From NCBI GenBank assembly GCA_037131225.1, contig JBAXRM010000001.1:2672-66671 (forward strand): a DNA stretch of 64,000 nt, written 5' to 3'. Source of the DNA: Nostocales cyanobacterium ELA583. GTDB taxonomy: Bacteria > Cyanobacteriota > Cyanobacteriia > Cyanobacteriales > Nostocaceae. Below the pieces are notes generated by a model, which was not told where the DNA came from, made no database searches, and was given only the letters and a program-made list of their open reading frames with translations. Below, piece by piece: positions 18,549-28,215 of this stretch. The translations under genes were made by a program, and so were the position numbers. Positions within the stretch are counted from its first letter, which is position 1. Each line of letters begins with the position of its first letter.

Positions 18549-20207
18549 TTAATTAGTCCCATTTAACCCTGATGTAGGAGTTTCTGTCGGGGTTGGGGTT
18601 TCTATCGGAGTTGGGGTTTCTGTCGGGGTTGGAGTTTCTGTCGGAGTTGGGGTTTTTGTCGGTTTGGAAGTTTTTGTTGGTGTAGGAGTTTCCGTTGGTG
18701 TAGGAGTTTCCTTTGGCGTTAATGCCTCTATTGCCACATTCAGGTTATAACTAACATCCGAAACACCCCCAAGCAAACCTAATTGAATAATATATTTCCC
18801 ATTATTGGCTAGTATTCCCTCATAAGATGTAGATTGTTGATCTTGAATATTCAGAACCTCACCATCAGCAGTTAAAATCGTCAGCACAATACCACTGTTT
18901 TCATTTACAGATACAATTAATTTTTCACCGATCTTACCCTGAAAACTATATTGAACTAATTCATGTTCTTTGAGTATCCCCTCAACTTTCGCCGTGTTAG
19001 ATTTGTCTAATTGCAGAGGTTGGCGATTAATCACAGGTTCAGTATTAGTCTCTGTCGGTGTTGGAGTTGGTGTTAATGTTGTCCCACTAGGAATAACTGG
19101 GGAAGGAAATGATTGTGGCGTTGCGGTTGTTTCTACTGCTGGACGAAACTGATTTTTAAGTGAAGTCACCAAAGTCCAAGAACCAAATCCTGTCAAAATC
19201 ATTACAGCACTACCAATTACCCATAACGCCCAAGAATTATCCAAAATAGACCTATTTTGTCCAGAATCAACTGAAGGTTGCGGCTTTTCGGATGTTTTTG
19301 ATATAGGTTCAGGACGACGACCGACAGCGACAGTTTGTAAATAAGATAAATTAGGAGTAGATTGGCGAGTGTAGCCAGTATTCAACAGGGCTTGAGTAAC
19401 ATCAGCCGCACTTTGATAGCGTTCCCCCGGTATATAACTCAACATTCGCTGCAAAACTTGAGCAAATTCCGGCTTCACCATTACCCATTTTTGCCAATTC
19501 CAGGTTAATTGCTGTTCATCAAATAAATCTACCGGTTCTTTCCCAGTCAACAAAACTATGGCAGTCACAGCCAACGCATACAAATCACTACTAGGGGATA
19601 CCCTGCCTGTTTGCATTTGCTCACTGGGCGCGTAACCTAATTTACCTACAGTAGTTACTGGTGTAGCCGTTGAGGATTGTAATTTTGTCGCTAGTTCCTT
19701 TACTACCCCAAAGTCAATTAATACGGGCAGGAAATCATTTTCCCTAAGAATAATATTTTCCGGCGATATATCTCGGTGAATAATTCCTAGTCCATGAATA
19801 TAACTAAGAACAGGTAATAAAGTAGCTAATAAATGCAATATATCTGATTCAGTCAAACTTGTACCAACGTCTTGGCGTTCTCTGAGCAAATTGCGGTAAG
19901 TTTTACCAGCCACGAAATCCTGCACCAAAAATAACTTGTCGTTTTGGGCAAATTTTTCTCGAAATTTAGGAATTTGAGGATGTTCGATTTGATATAAGAT
20001 AGCAGCTTCTCGCTCAAATAACTCCTGTGCCTTCTCCCCACTATCTGTTCCTGTGATTGGGGCAATTAATTCCTTCAGCACACAAAGCTCATTAAAGCGT
20101 CTTTGGTCTTCTGCTAGATAGGTTCTACCAAATCCTCCCTGTCCAATAATGTGAATTATGTGGTAACGATTTTGTAGGATAGTACCAACTGTAATCGGTG
20201 ATTGCAT
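18549..20207 (-). CDS. serine/threonine protein kinase with TM segment, beta-rich C-terminal domain and Pro-Thr repeat linkers
   Basis: GQGGFGRTYLA, VLKEL, HRDISPENIIL, DFG and GYAPSEQ kinase subdomains. A hydrophobic segment (WALWVIGSAVMILTGFGSWTL) follows. TPTPTETPTPT repeats are encoded by degenerate 12/18-nt DNA repeats at about 18575-18712. Confidence 0.85.
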   Translation of the reverse strand: MQSPITVGTILQNRYHIIHIIGQGGFGRTYLAEDQRRFNELCVLKELIAPITGTDSGEKAQELFEREAAILYQIEHPQIPKFREKFAQNDKLFLVQDFVAGKTYRNLLRERQDVGTSLTESDILHLLATLLPVLSYIHGLGIIHRDISPENIILRENDFLPVLIDFGVVKELATKLQSSTATPVTTVGKLGYAPSEQMQTGRVSPSSDLYALAVTAIVLLTGKEPVDLFDEQQLTWNWQKWVMVKPEFAQVLQRMLSYIPGERYQSAADVTQALLNTGYTRQSTPNLSYLQTVAVGRRPEPISKTSEKPQPSVDSGQNRSILDNSWALWVIGSAVMILTGFGSWTLVTSLKNQFRPAVETTATPQSFPSPVIPSGTTLTPTPTPTETNTEPVINRQPLQLDKSNTAKVEGILKEHELVQYSFQGKIGEKLIVSVNENSGIVLTILTADGEVLNIQDQQSTSYEGILANNGKYIIQLGLLGGVSDVSYNLNVAIEALTPKETPTPTETPTPTKTSKPTKTPTPTETPTPTETPTPIETPTPTETPTSGLNGTN

Positions 20208-20741
20208 GGTCTATTAATTGAATATAATAGCAACTGAGCTAGAAAGAGAGCAAAAGCATCATCTATCCACAACGTGACACAAAGTGTATCAATTGTGGCT
20301 TCCGTAAGTTTCCTCTGTCACCCGCCTAACAGGAAGTGTATACTAGAAATCAAGTCTTGCATTATTCTATTCTTACATTCTGCCTTGAGTCAGGATGTGT
20401 CCCATATAGTAACAGGTATAATCCAGAATTGATAAATCCAGCGGCATCACTAATAATATCAACGTGGCTATTGAACGGTATCTGAGTTTACTGTCTACAC
20501 ACTTAATATATCCGGAAATTTGACTTCCTGATGGGTTGGCTAGTGTTCTTGATACAAGATACAAATATTTAATCTTCAGTTCACTAGGTCATTAATTGGT
20601 AACAAGTATCATAGAATAATTATTTGCACTTTCCATGTTATTTAATCATAGGTGTTCTCACACCCCAGAGTTAACTTGAAGTTCACTATTATTGCTTGAC
20701 TCCATTTCCATTAAATTTGCTCAATTTCTGATGATATTTCT

Positions 20742-21758
20742 ATGAATGCACTTCGAGGATCTGCTGTGCTAAGTTCTGCAACTTTACCAGTCCAGTCAAT
20801 AGTAACGGGACTACCTGACAATAATCGTCTGAGGCTATTTTCCGGTTCTGCCAATATAGCACTGTCGCAAGAAGTTGCTCGTTATCTAGGCATGGACTTA
20901 GGTCCAATGATTCGCAAAAGATTCGCGGACGGTGAACTTTATGTTCAAATCCAAGAATCAATTCGGGGTTGCGATGTCTATTTAATCCAGCCCAGTTGTC
21001 AACCCGTCAATGATCATTTGATGGAATTACTAATTATGATTGATGCCTGTCGTCGTGCTTCTGCACGACAGATTACAGCAGTAATTCCTTATTATGGTTA
21101 TGCTCGTGCTGATCGAAAAACAGCCGGCAGAGAATCCATCACTGCTAAATTAGTTGCTAACTTAATCACTGAAGCGGGTGCTAACCGAGTTCTGGCAATG
21201 GATTTACACGCAGCCCAAATTCAGGGCTATTTCGATATCCCCTTTGATCATGTATATGGTTCACCAGTTATCCTTGATTATCTAGTTAGCAAAGGATTAC
21301 AGGATATTGTCGTTGTTTCCCCTGACGTGGGTGGGGTAGCACGCGCTAGAGCATTTGCTAAAAAACTCAATGATGCTCCATTGGCAATTATTGACAAACG
21401 CCGTCAAGCTCATAATGTTGCCGAAGTTTTAAATGTCATTGGTGATGTGAGAGGCAAAACTGCCATCTTGGTAGATGACATGATTGATACTGGCGGTACG
21501 ATTGCGGCGGGGGCTAAGTTACTACGTCAAGAAGGTGCGAGTCAGGTATATGCCTGTGCTACTCATGCTGTATTTTCCCCACCGGCAATTGAGCGATTGT
21601 CTAGTGGGGTATTTGAAGAAGTGATAGTCACTAATACTATTCCTATCCCAGAGGGGAATCAGTTTCCTCAATTAGTGACGCTTTCAGTCGCTAATCTATT
21701 GGGAGAAGCAATTTGGCGCATTCACGAAGATAGCTCACTTAGTAGTTTATTCCGTTAA
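20742..21758 (+). CDS. prs: ribose-phosphate diphosphokinase (PRPP synthetase)
   Basis: LRLFSGSANIALSQEVARYLGMDLGPMIRKRFADGELYVQIQESIRGCDVYLIQ, YYGYARADRK and VDDMIDTGGT. Confidence 0.9.
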   Translation: MNALRGSAVLSSATLPVQSIVTGLPDNNRLRLFSGSANIALSQEVARYLGMDLGPMIRKRFADGELYVQIQESIRGCDVYLIQPSCQPVNDHLMELLIMIDACRRASARQITAVIPYYGYARADRKTAGRESITAKLVANLITEAGANRVLAMDLHAAQIQGYFDIPFDHVYGSPVILDYLVSKGLQDIVVVSPDVGGVARARAFAKKLNDAPLAIIDKRRQAHNVAEVLNVIGDVRGKTAILVDDMIDTGGTIAAGAKLLRQEGASQVYACATHAVFSPPAIERLSSGVFEEVIVTNTIPIPEGNQFPQLVTLSVANLLGEAIWRIHEDSSLSSLFR

Positions 21759-21823
21759 TCAACAAATAAATATCATCCCAAAGGATGAAATCTAAATTTA
21801 TGAAGGATGAAAGTTTTCGTTCT

Positions 21824-22396
21824 TCATTTTTTGTATCCAGCCAAAATTTCTAATTCGGAAACTACTCTTTCTAGTTCTGCTACTAAGGGCGTAATTTGAT
21901 GTTTCTGGAAAGCATCTGCTAAAGAACGATAATACCAAAGTGTGCCTTCTTTGCCACCTTGAAACCGTTCCCAAACTGCATCACCAATCATGCGATAATC
22001 TTTGAGAATTGAACGGACGTTATGGAGTTTGTCAGCGGCAGAAACTAGCAATACTGAAGCGGAAGCGGTGGAAATATGGGCAATATAAGTCTCTTTTCGG
22101 GGTTTCCAAGGAGGTTTGGGTGTGGTGTCTGCGTCTGTGCAACCATCAACAATAGCAGTGACATGATCCCCAAACCGCCGGCGAATTTCTGCTCTGGTGG
22201 CTGCTCCGCCTTGGTCTTCTATGGCATCATGTAGTAGGGCTGCGATCGCTTCATCTTCATTAGCACCATATTCTAAGGCGATGCTGGCTACTCCTAGTAA
22301 ATGGGTAATATAGGGAATATCCCCAGCTTTGCGTTTTTGGGTGGCGTGGAGTTCATGGGCGTAGGTAAGCGCTTGGGTAAATCTTTCTGATAGCAT
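21824..22396 (-). CDS. HD domain protein (RelA/SpoT-type hydrolase-like)
   Basis: A.HATQKRK....PYITHLLGVA......GANEDEAIAALLHDAIED is the HD metal-binding pattern seen in small (p)ppGpp-hydrolase-like proteins. Confidence 0.65.
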   Translation of the reverse strand: MLSERFTQALTYAHELHATQKRKAGDIPYITHLLGVASIALEYGANEDEAIAALLHDAIEDQGGAATRAEIRRRFGDHVTAIVDGCTDADTTPKPPWKPRKETYIAHISTASASVLLVSAADKLHNVRSILKDYRMIGDAVWERFQGGKEGTLWYYRSLADAFQKHQITPLVAELERVVSELEILAGYKK

Positions 22397-22495
22397 TTTT
22401 AGTGTGATGTTAATAAGAGGAAATGAACCACGAAGGGACGAAGAACACGAAGGAAGAGGAAGAGAAGGAAGAGAAAAATAATCTCTCAGTTGAAA

Positions 22496-22624
22496 TCAGG
22501 GTGCTATTATTTCTAATATAAAGTCTTCTAAGTTTGATAATTCAACTCCCAATTTATTCAACAGTCTTATTGCTACGCCTTCACCCTCTGCAAGTAAAGC
22601 TAACAACAGATGCTCCGTATCAAT
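22496..22624 (-). pseudogene. in-frame continuation of the kinase-Clp_N ORF (second Clp_N repeat) cut off by the TAA at 22625-22627
   Basis: Directly after the TAA, the same frame reads IDTEHLLLALLAEGEGVAIRLLNKLGVELSNLEDFILEIIAP then TGA (22496-22498). It aligns with ClpC ..[35 protein letters not shown].., and the stop sits where the Tyr codon would be. Confidence 0.7.
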
Positions 22625-23794
22625 TTACTTATTCATCATTCGGATAGATTTTTCCAGTGATAGCTTTAAAACTCTGGTTGCACGTGGGGTAAATATTGCT
22701 TTTCTGGGAGAACCTGAACCTCTACCAACAATCTTTTCAACCTCAAAACGTGCATTTTCCAGTGTTACACCATTATTCTTTAGTGCAGACGCAGCTAATC
22801 CAGTATTTCCACTAATCAAACCCAAAAGGATACTCTCTGATCCAATAAAACTATGACCTAATAGGCGGGTTTCTTGATATGCCAAATTGATTACTTGTAA
22901 AGCTTTATCTGTGAATTGTGAAAACAGTTCTAATGATAAATTCTTGAATTGTAATTGATTTTCTATATGCATAATAGATGAAATTATTTCTTCTGGTATT
23001 TTAAGAAGATACAACCACTCCTGCACAGACTGGGGACGATTTTCTAATTGCAGTTCCAGTCCTTTGAGAATTGCCTTCTTAACTCTATCACTAATATTTG
23101 GATTGAGTTTATTTGGTGGTGCTAGTGGTTCGCCCATCATTCTAGATATAGCACTTTCTGGTTCTTTGCCTGTCAATACTTTGTAGAGCGTTGCGGCTAG
23201 GGAATAAACATCAGTAAAAGCTCCACGTTTAGCACGTTCATTATATTGTTCAAGTGGAGCATAAAAAGGTGTTTTATATGCTGTATGTGTTTGTGTTAAG
23301 TTAGATGTAAAGTCACGGGCAATACCAAAATCAATTAAAACTACTTCGGATTTATTATCTCTTACTAAAATATTTTTTGGTGTTACATCTCGATGCAATA
23401 AACCATTCTGATGAACTACTGTTAAAGCTTCACCAATTTGTTGAATATATTCTAACGCTTGAGATTCTGATAAAATACCCAAATTGCCTAACTCTTCACC
23501 TTCTATATATTCCATTACCATTCCCCAAATATCACCCTCTTTTATACATTCATAAACTTTGACAATATGAGGATGATGGCTACATTTAGCTAGTTTTATT
23601 GCTTCATTGATGAAATCTTGCAGAAATTTATCAAATTCATCATTATCTATATCTGTATCTTTCAGGGTTTTAATTACAAATTGATTGCCCTTTTTGTCTT
23701 TGGTAAGATAAGTTATGCCAAAACCACCATGTCCTAACTTTTTTTCTATGGTATATTTACCATCTTGTAATTGCTGTCCTGACAACCAAGCCAT
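22625..23794 (-). CDS. Ser/Thr protein kinase fused to a ClpC-type N-terminal (Clp_N) domain, truncated by an in-frame TAA
   Basis: Kinase blocks GHGGFGITYL, VIKTL, HRDVTPKNILV, DFG and YAPLEQ. The C-terminal FTDKALQVINLAYQETRLLGHSFIGSESILLGLISGNTGLAASALKNNGVTLENARFEVEKIVGRGSG...FTPRATRVLKLSLE aligns with Clp_N repeat 1 and the start of repeat 2. Confidence 0.8.
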   Translation of the reverse strand: MAWLSGQQLQDGKYTIEKKLGHGGFGITYLTKDKKGNQFVIKTLKDTDIDNDEFDKFLQDFINEAIKLAKCSHHPHIVKVYECIKEGDIWGMVMEYIEGEELGNLGILSESQALEYIQQIGEALTVVHQNGLLHRDVTPKNILVRDNKSEVVLIDFGIARDFTSNLTQTHTAYKTPFYAPLEQYNERAKRGAFTDVYSLAATLYKVLTGKEPESAISRMMGEPLAPPNKLNPNISDRVKKAILKGLELQLENRPQSVQEWLYLLKIPEEIISSIMHIENQLQFKNLSLELFSQFTDKALQVINLAYQETRLLGHSFIGSESILLGLISGNTGLAASALKNNGVTLENARFEVEKIVGRGSGSPRKAIFTPRATRVLKLSLEKSIRMMNK

Positions 23795-23912
23795 AACCTG
23801 TAAACTTATAAATCTATAAGTTCATTTTGGCACAATTTTAGTTGTAAGTGCTAATTCCAGGTTATTATCTGTCTAAAATAGTAGAAAACACTTGACTACA
23901 AACTAAAAACCT

Positions 23913-24176
23913 ATGCCACAAACAATTCTCAAGGAAATTCTCAGTCAGCTTGATAGTTTAGAACAAGATGAACTACAGCAACTTAATCAAGCTATCCAAA
24001 TATGTCTGAATGACAAAGTACAAGTTAATCAAATCACACAATTTCATCAAGCACTGTTAAGTTCTGGTTTGGTGAAACAAATTAAACAACCTGCTGACAG
24101 TAAACAACATGAAAGAAAACTGATTCAGGCAGAAGGAAACCCCGTTTCTCAAACTATTATTGAGGAACGTTGCTAA
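23913..24176 (+). CDS. hypothetical protein, resembles short cyanobacterial antitoxin-like proteins (no partner present)
   Basis: 87 aa with a helical, Gln/Leu-rich N-terminus and a C-terminal ...PVSQTIIEERC. This resembles antitoxins that normally overlap a PIN-type toxin gene. No such ORF follows. Confidence 0.35.
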   Translation: MPQTILKEILSQLDSLEQDELQQLNQAIQICLNDKVQVNQITQFHQALLSSGLVKQIKQPADSKQHERKLIQAEGNPVSQTIIEERC

Positions 24177-24508
24177 ATATCCGTTTATTTTTTAGTTTAC
24201 GCCTCAGTTATGCTACAATAATAATCTAATCAGTATAAGATTTAAAAACCTACCCCCGGACTGGGGGAAAGTGTACGCCCGAAAAACCTTGAGGAGATAT
24301 CACTACGCCCTACGGGCAACCGTGGTGAGCCTGGGAACCTGAGAAATCAGGATATTAAAACAGCGATGTTTTAATAATCTTCGTCTCATAAGAGCGGAGA
24401 GTGTCAATAAAGGTTCGTTACAGAAATGGCAAATCATCTCCACTTCTGTTAAAACAGCCGAAAATTAGCTTTTTAATCTAAAAACCTTAAAGTTTACCCA
24501 AACCATCT

Positions 24509-26299
24509 ATGACGCTCCCAATTCGTAACGTCGCCATTATCGCCCACGTTGACCATGGTAAAACCACCTTGGTTGATGCTCTCCTCAAACAGTCCGGCAT
24601 TTTCCGCGAAGGCGAAGACGTTCCGGATTGTGTCATGGACTCCAACGATTTGGAGCGGGAACGAGGCATTACAATTCTCTCTAAAAATACAGCGGTTCGC
24701 TACAAAGACACCCTGATTAATATTGTTGATACCCCTGGACACGCTGACTTCGGCGGAGAAGTGGAACGGGTACTCGGCATGGTGGACGGTTGTATTCTGA
24801 TTGTTGATGCCAACGAAGGCCCAATGCCCCAAACCCGCTTTGTACTTAAAAAGGCTTTGGAAAAAGGTTTGCGTCCTATTGTCGTTATTAACAAAATTGA
24901 CCGTGGTCAAACTGACCCTCACGTTGCTGTTGATAAAGTCTTAGATCTGTTCTTAGAATTAGGCGCAGATGAAGACCAATGCGACTTTAAGTATCTGTTT
25001 GCTTCCGGTATGGCTGGTTTCGCTAAAGAATCTTTGGAAGCAGAATCGGTAGATATGCAGCCCCTATTCAATGCAATTCTGCGCCATGTACCTGCACCAG
25101 TGGGAGATCCTAACAAACCTCTGCAATTGCAAGTTACTACCCTAGATTATTCTGAATATTTAGGACGGATTGTGATTGGTAAAATTCACAATGGCACGAT
25201 CCGGGCTGGACAACAAGCCGCTTTGGTAGTAGAAGATGGCACTATTGTTAAGGGCAAAATCACCAAATTAATGGGATTTGATGGTTTGAGACGGGTGGAT
25301 ATGGAAGAAGCTACCGCAGGTTATATTGTGGCTGTGGCTGGTTTTGCTGATGCTTATATCGGCGAAACAATTACAGATCCTAGTAACCCCATGGCTTTAC
25401 CTTTAATTAAGGTAGATGAACCAACTTTACAAATGACTTTCTGGGTGAATGATTCACCTTTTGCTGGTCAGGAAGGTAAATTGGTAACATCTCGCCAAAT
25501 CCGCGATCGCTTGTACCGTGAATTAGAAACAAACGTGGCTTTGCGCGTTGAAGACACTGACTCTCCCGATAAATTCCTGGTTTCCGGTCGTGGGGAATTA
25601 CACTTAGGGATATTAATTGAAACCATGCGTCGTGAAGGTTTTGAGTTCCAAGTATCTCAACCTCAAGTAATTTACCGCACAGTTGGTGGTCAAAATTGCG
25701 AACCTTTTGAACTTCTAGCATTAGACGTTCCCGCCGATGCAGTTGGTAGCTGTATTGAACGTTTGGGACAACGGAAAGCGGAAATGCAAGATATGCAGCC
25801 TGGTAGTGGCGATCGCACTCAATTAGAGTTTATCGTTGCTGCTCGTGGTTTAATTGGTTTCCGGGGTGAATTCATGCGGATGACTCGCGGTGAAGGCATC
25901 ATGAACCACAGTTTCCTTGATTATCGTCCTCTTTGTGGTGATATTGAAGCCCGCAATAAAGGCGTTCTCATCTCCTTTGAAGAAGGTGTTTCTACCTCCT
26001 ACGCGATGAAAAACTGTGAAGATAGAGGCGCATTCTTTATCAGTGAAGGAACTAAGGTTTACAAAGGAATGATTATTGGTGAACATAATCGTCCCCAAGA
26101 TTTGGAATTGAACGTTTGTAAAACTAAGCAGTTAACCAACCATAGATCCTCTGGTGGTGAAGAACTCACTCAGTTGCAAACACCCATAGACATGAATTTG
26201 GAACGAGCTTTAGAATACATTGCTCAAGATGAATTGGTGGAAGTTACACCTGAATCTATTCGTCTGCGGAAGATGTCCAAGAAATTGGTGAAACGTTAA
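24509..26299 (+). CDS. typA: translational GTPase TypA/BipA
   Basis: [37 protein letters not shown] and EF-G-like domains, 596 aa. Confidence 0.95.
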   Translation: MTLPIRNVAIIAHVDHGKTTLVDALLKQSGIFREGEDVPDCVMDSNDLERERGITILSKNTAVRYKDTLINIVDTPGHADFGGEVERVLGMVDGCILIVDANEGPMPQTRFVLKKALEKGLRPIVVINKIDRGQTDPHVAVDKVLDLFLELGADEDQCDFKYLFASGMAGFAKESLEAESVDMQPLFNAILRHVPAPVGDPNKPLQLQVTTLDYSEYLGRIVIGKIHNGTIRAGQQAALVVEDGTIVKGKITKLMGFDGLRRVDMEEATAGYIVAVAGFADAYIGETITDPSNPMALPLIKVDEPTLQMTFWVNDSPFAGQEGKLVTSRQIRDRLYRELETNVALRVEDTDSPDKFLVSGRGELHLGILIETMRREGFEFQVSQPQVIYRTVGGQNCEPFELLALDVPADAVGSCIERLGQRKAEMQDMQPGSGDRTQLEFIVAARGLIGFRGEFMRMTRGEGIMNHSFLDYRPLCGDIEARNKGVLISFEEGVSTSYAMKNCEDRGAFFISEGTKVYKGMIIGEHNRPQDLELNVCKTKQLTNHRSSGGEELTQLQTPIDMNLERALEYIAQDELVEVTPESIRLRKMSKKLVKR

Positions 26300-26307
26300 T
26301 ATCTCTA

Positions 26308-26327
26308 GGGGTGGGAAAACCCACCCT
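26308..26327 (+). terminator. hairpin after typA
   Basis: gggtggg-aaaa-cccaccc lies 9 nt after the stop. No clear T-run. Confidence 0.4.
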
Positions 26328-26815
26328 GATTAAACTCATTCGTGCAAAGTGATTCAATTTTTATTAAAAGGTTATCATTTTTTATACATAATTTTCATTA
26401 GTTATATGGTAGGTTGGGTTATCCACATCTAATTGTACGGCTAGTGCCTATAATCAATGGGTAGGTTTTTCCGCACTTCAATAGCACAATAATAAAAAGT
26501 TAATTAACAGTAGGAACAGCAATCATGATTTGATCAAAAATAGCGAACTTAACCTAGCTTGTCTTTGAGATCACAGAAAAGTCCCAAATGCAACCCAATT
26601 TTGGGGTAAATGGCAGCGATCGCTGAAAATCCTTTTTTGTGTATATTTATACCAAAAAATAATTATTAACAAAAATTAAAAAAAGTATGGCTAATGCCAC
26701 CCGGCGCTATCTACACTCACTCCTAAATTTCTGTATTCTTGTTAAAGTGTTACCTTAAACTTGTTAGTTACTATTTTCCATAATTTTTCTTCCTTCTAAC
26801 TCTTAACATTGCTAT

Positions 26816-27961
26816 ATGGCCCGAGACTATTATGAAACCCTGGGTGTCTCCCGTGATGCCGACAAAGAAGAGATTAAACAGGCTTATCGCCGCCTAGCCC
26901 GCAAGTATCACCCAGATGTAAATAAAGAATCTGGGGCAGAGGAGCGATTTAAGGAAATTAACCGCGCCTATGAGGTGCTATCAGAGCCAGAAGTTCGCGC
27001 TCGTTACGACCGCTTTGGTGAAGCTGGTGTTTCCGGGGCTGCGGGTGCGGGTGCGGGTGCTGGTTTCCAAGATATGGGTGACATGAGTGGTTTTGCCGAT
27101 ATCTTTGAAAGCATTTTCAGCGGCTTTGCTGGCACTCCAGGTGGACAACCCCAACAGAGACGGCGTGGTGGACCAGTACGAGGCGATGATCTCCGCCTAG
27201 ACCTGAAATTAGATTTTCGGGAAGCGGTATTTGGTGGGGAAAAAGAAATTCGCATTTCCCATTTAGAAACCTGTGAAGTTTGTACTGGTTCTGGTGCTAA
27301 ATCAGGAACTCGTCCCCGGACTTGTAGCACTTGTAGCGGCTCAGGTCAAGTCAGACGGGTAACTAGAACTCCATTTGGTAGCTTTACCCAAGTTTCTACC
27401 TGTCCCACCTGTGATGGCACAGGAACGGTTGTGGAAGATAAATGTGACGCTTGTGATGGTAAGGGCGCAAATCAGGTTACAAAGAAACTGAAAATTAATG
27501 TTCCCGCTGGTGTAGACAATGGCACCAGGTTACGGATTTCCCAAGAAGGAGATGCGGGTCAACGGAATGGTCCTCCGGGTGATTTATATGTCTACCTGTT
27601 TGTGAATGAAGATGAAGAATTTCATCGAGAAGGCATTAATGTTAACTCGGAAATTAAAATTAGCTACTTACAAGCAATTTTAGGTTGCCGTTTAGAAGTA
27701 AATACTGTAGATGGCCCAGTGGAGTTAATTATTCCCTCAGGAACGCAACCGCATACGGTGATGAAATTGGAAAATCGTGGTGTTCCTCGTTTGGGTAATC
27801 CCGTCAGTCGCGGTGATCATATGTTGACGGTGTTAATTGATATTCCTACCAAAATCATCCCAGAGGAACGGGAACTGCTGGAAAAACTGGCTAAGATTAA
27901 GGGAGACAGAACTGGCAAAGGTGGTTTAGAAGGATTCTTAGGAGGCTTTTTTAAGTCATGA
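26816..27961 (+). CDS. dnaJ: molecular chaperone DnaJ
   Basis: J-domain with HPD (KYHPDVN), a Gly-rich linker and four CxxCxGxG zinc-finger motifs. 381 aa. Confidence 0.95.
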   Translation: MARDYYETLGVSRDADKEEIKQAYRRLARKYHPDVNKESGAEERFKEINRAYEVLSEPEVRARYDRFGEAGVSGAAGAGAGAGFQDMGDMSGFADIFESIFSGFAGTPGGQPQQRRRGGPVRGDDLRLDLKLDFREAVFGGEKEIRISHLETCEVCTGSGAKSGTRPRTCSTCSGSGQVRRVTRTPFGSFTQVSTCPTCDGTGTVVEDKCDACDGKGANQVTKKLKINVPAGVDNGTRLRISQEGDAGQRNGPPGDLYVYLFVNEDEEFHREGINVNSEIKISYLQAILGCRLEVNTVDGPVELIIPSGTQPHTVMKLENRGVPRLGNPVSRGDHMLTVLIDIPTKIIPEERELLEKLAKIKGDRTGKGGLEGFLGGFFKS

Positions 27962-28215
27962 GTGGGTCTTCTGTTTTCACCCCTGATGCTCAACTCGATT
28001 TACGTGGTACTCCCTGTCCAATTAATTTTGTGCGGACAAAGTTGTATCTGGAAAAGATGCCACCTGGCGGTTTGCTGGAAGTCTGGTTAGATCCAGGTGA
28101 ACCCATAGAACAAGTTCCAGATAGTTTGATAATGACTGGTTATCAAGTCGAACAAATTATAGATTGTTCTGGCTATTTTTCCCTGGTTATCCGCTGTCCG
28201 GTTGCTACCAAATGA
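27958..28215 (+). CDS. sulfurtransferase TusA-family (SirA-like) protein
   Basis: [19 protein letters not shown] has the conserved Cys-Pro motif. 85 aa. Its ATG overlaps the dnaJ stop (ATGA). Confidence 0.75.
   Translation: MSGSSVFTPDAQLDLRGTPCPINFVRTKLYLEKMPPGGLLEVWLDPGEPIEQVPDSLIMTGYQVEQIIDCSGYFSLVIRCPVATK

Noticed and set aside
20373-20961. 63-aa and 73-aa minus-strand ORFs around the prs start
   Set aside because: One lies in AT-rich spacer with no signals and the other is antisense to the conserved prs 5' end.
24230-24440. TPP- or other riboswitch-like element upstream of typA (cctgagaa / aacctga strings)
   Set aside because: The conserved TPP core (CUGAGA plus ACCUGAUCUGGAUAAUGCCAGCG) is not actually present. 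typA is not a plausible riboswitch-regulated gene. It is kept only as a low-interest structured patch.
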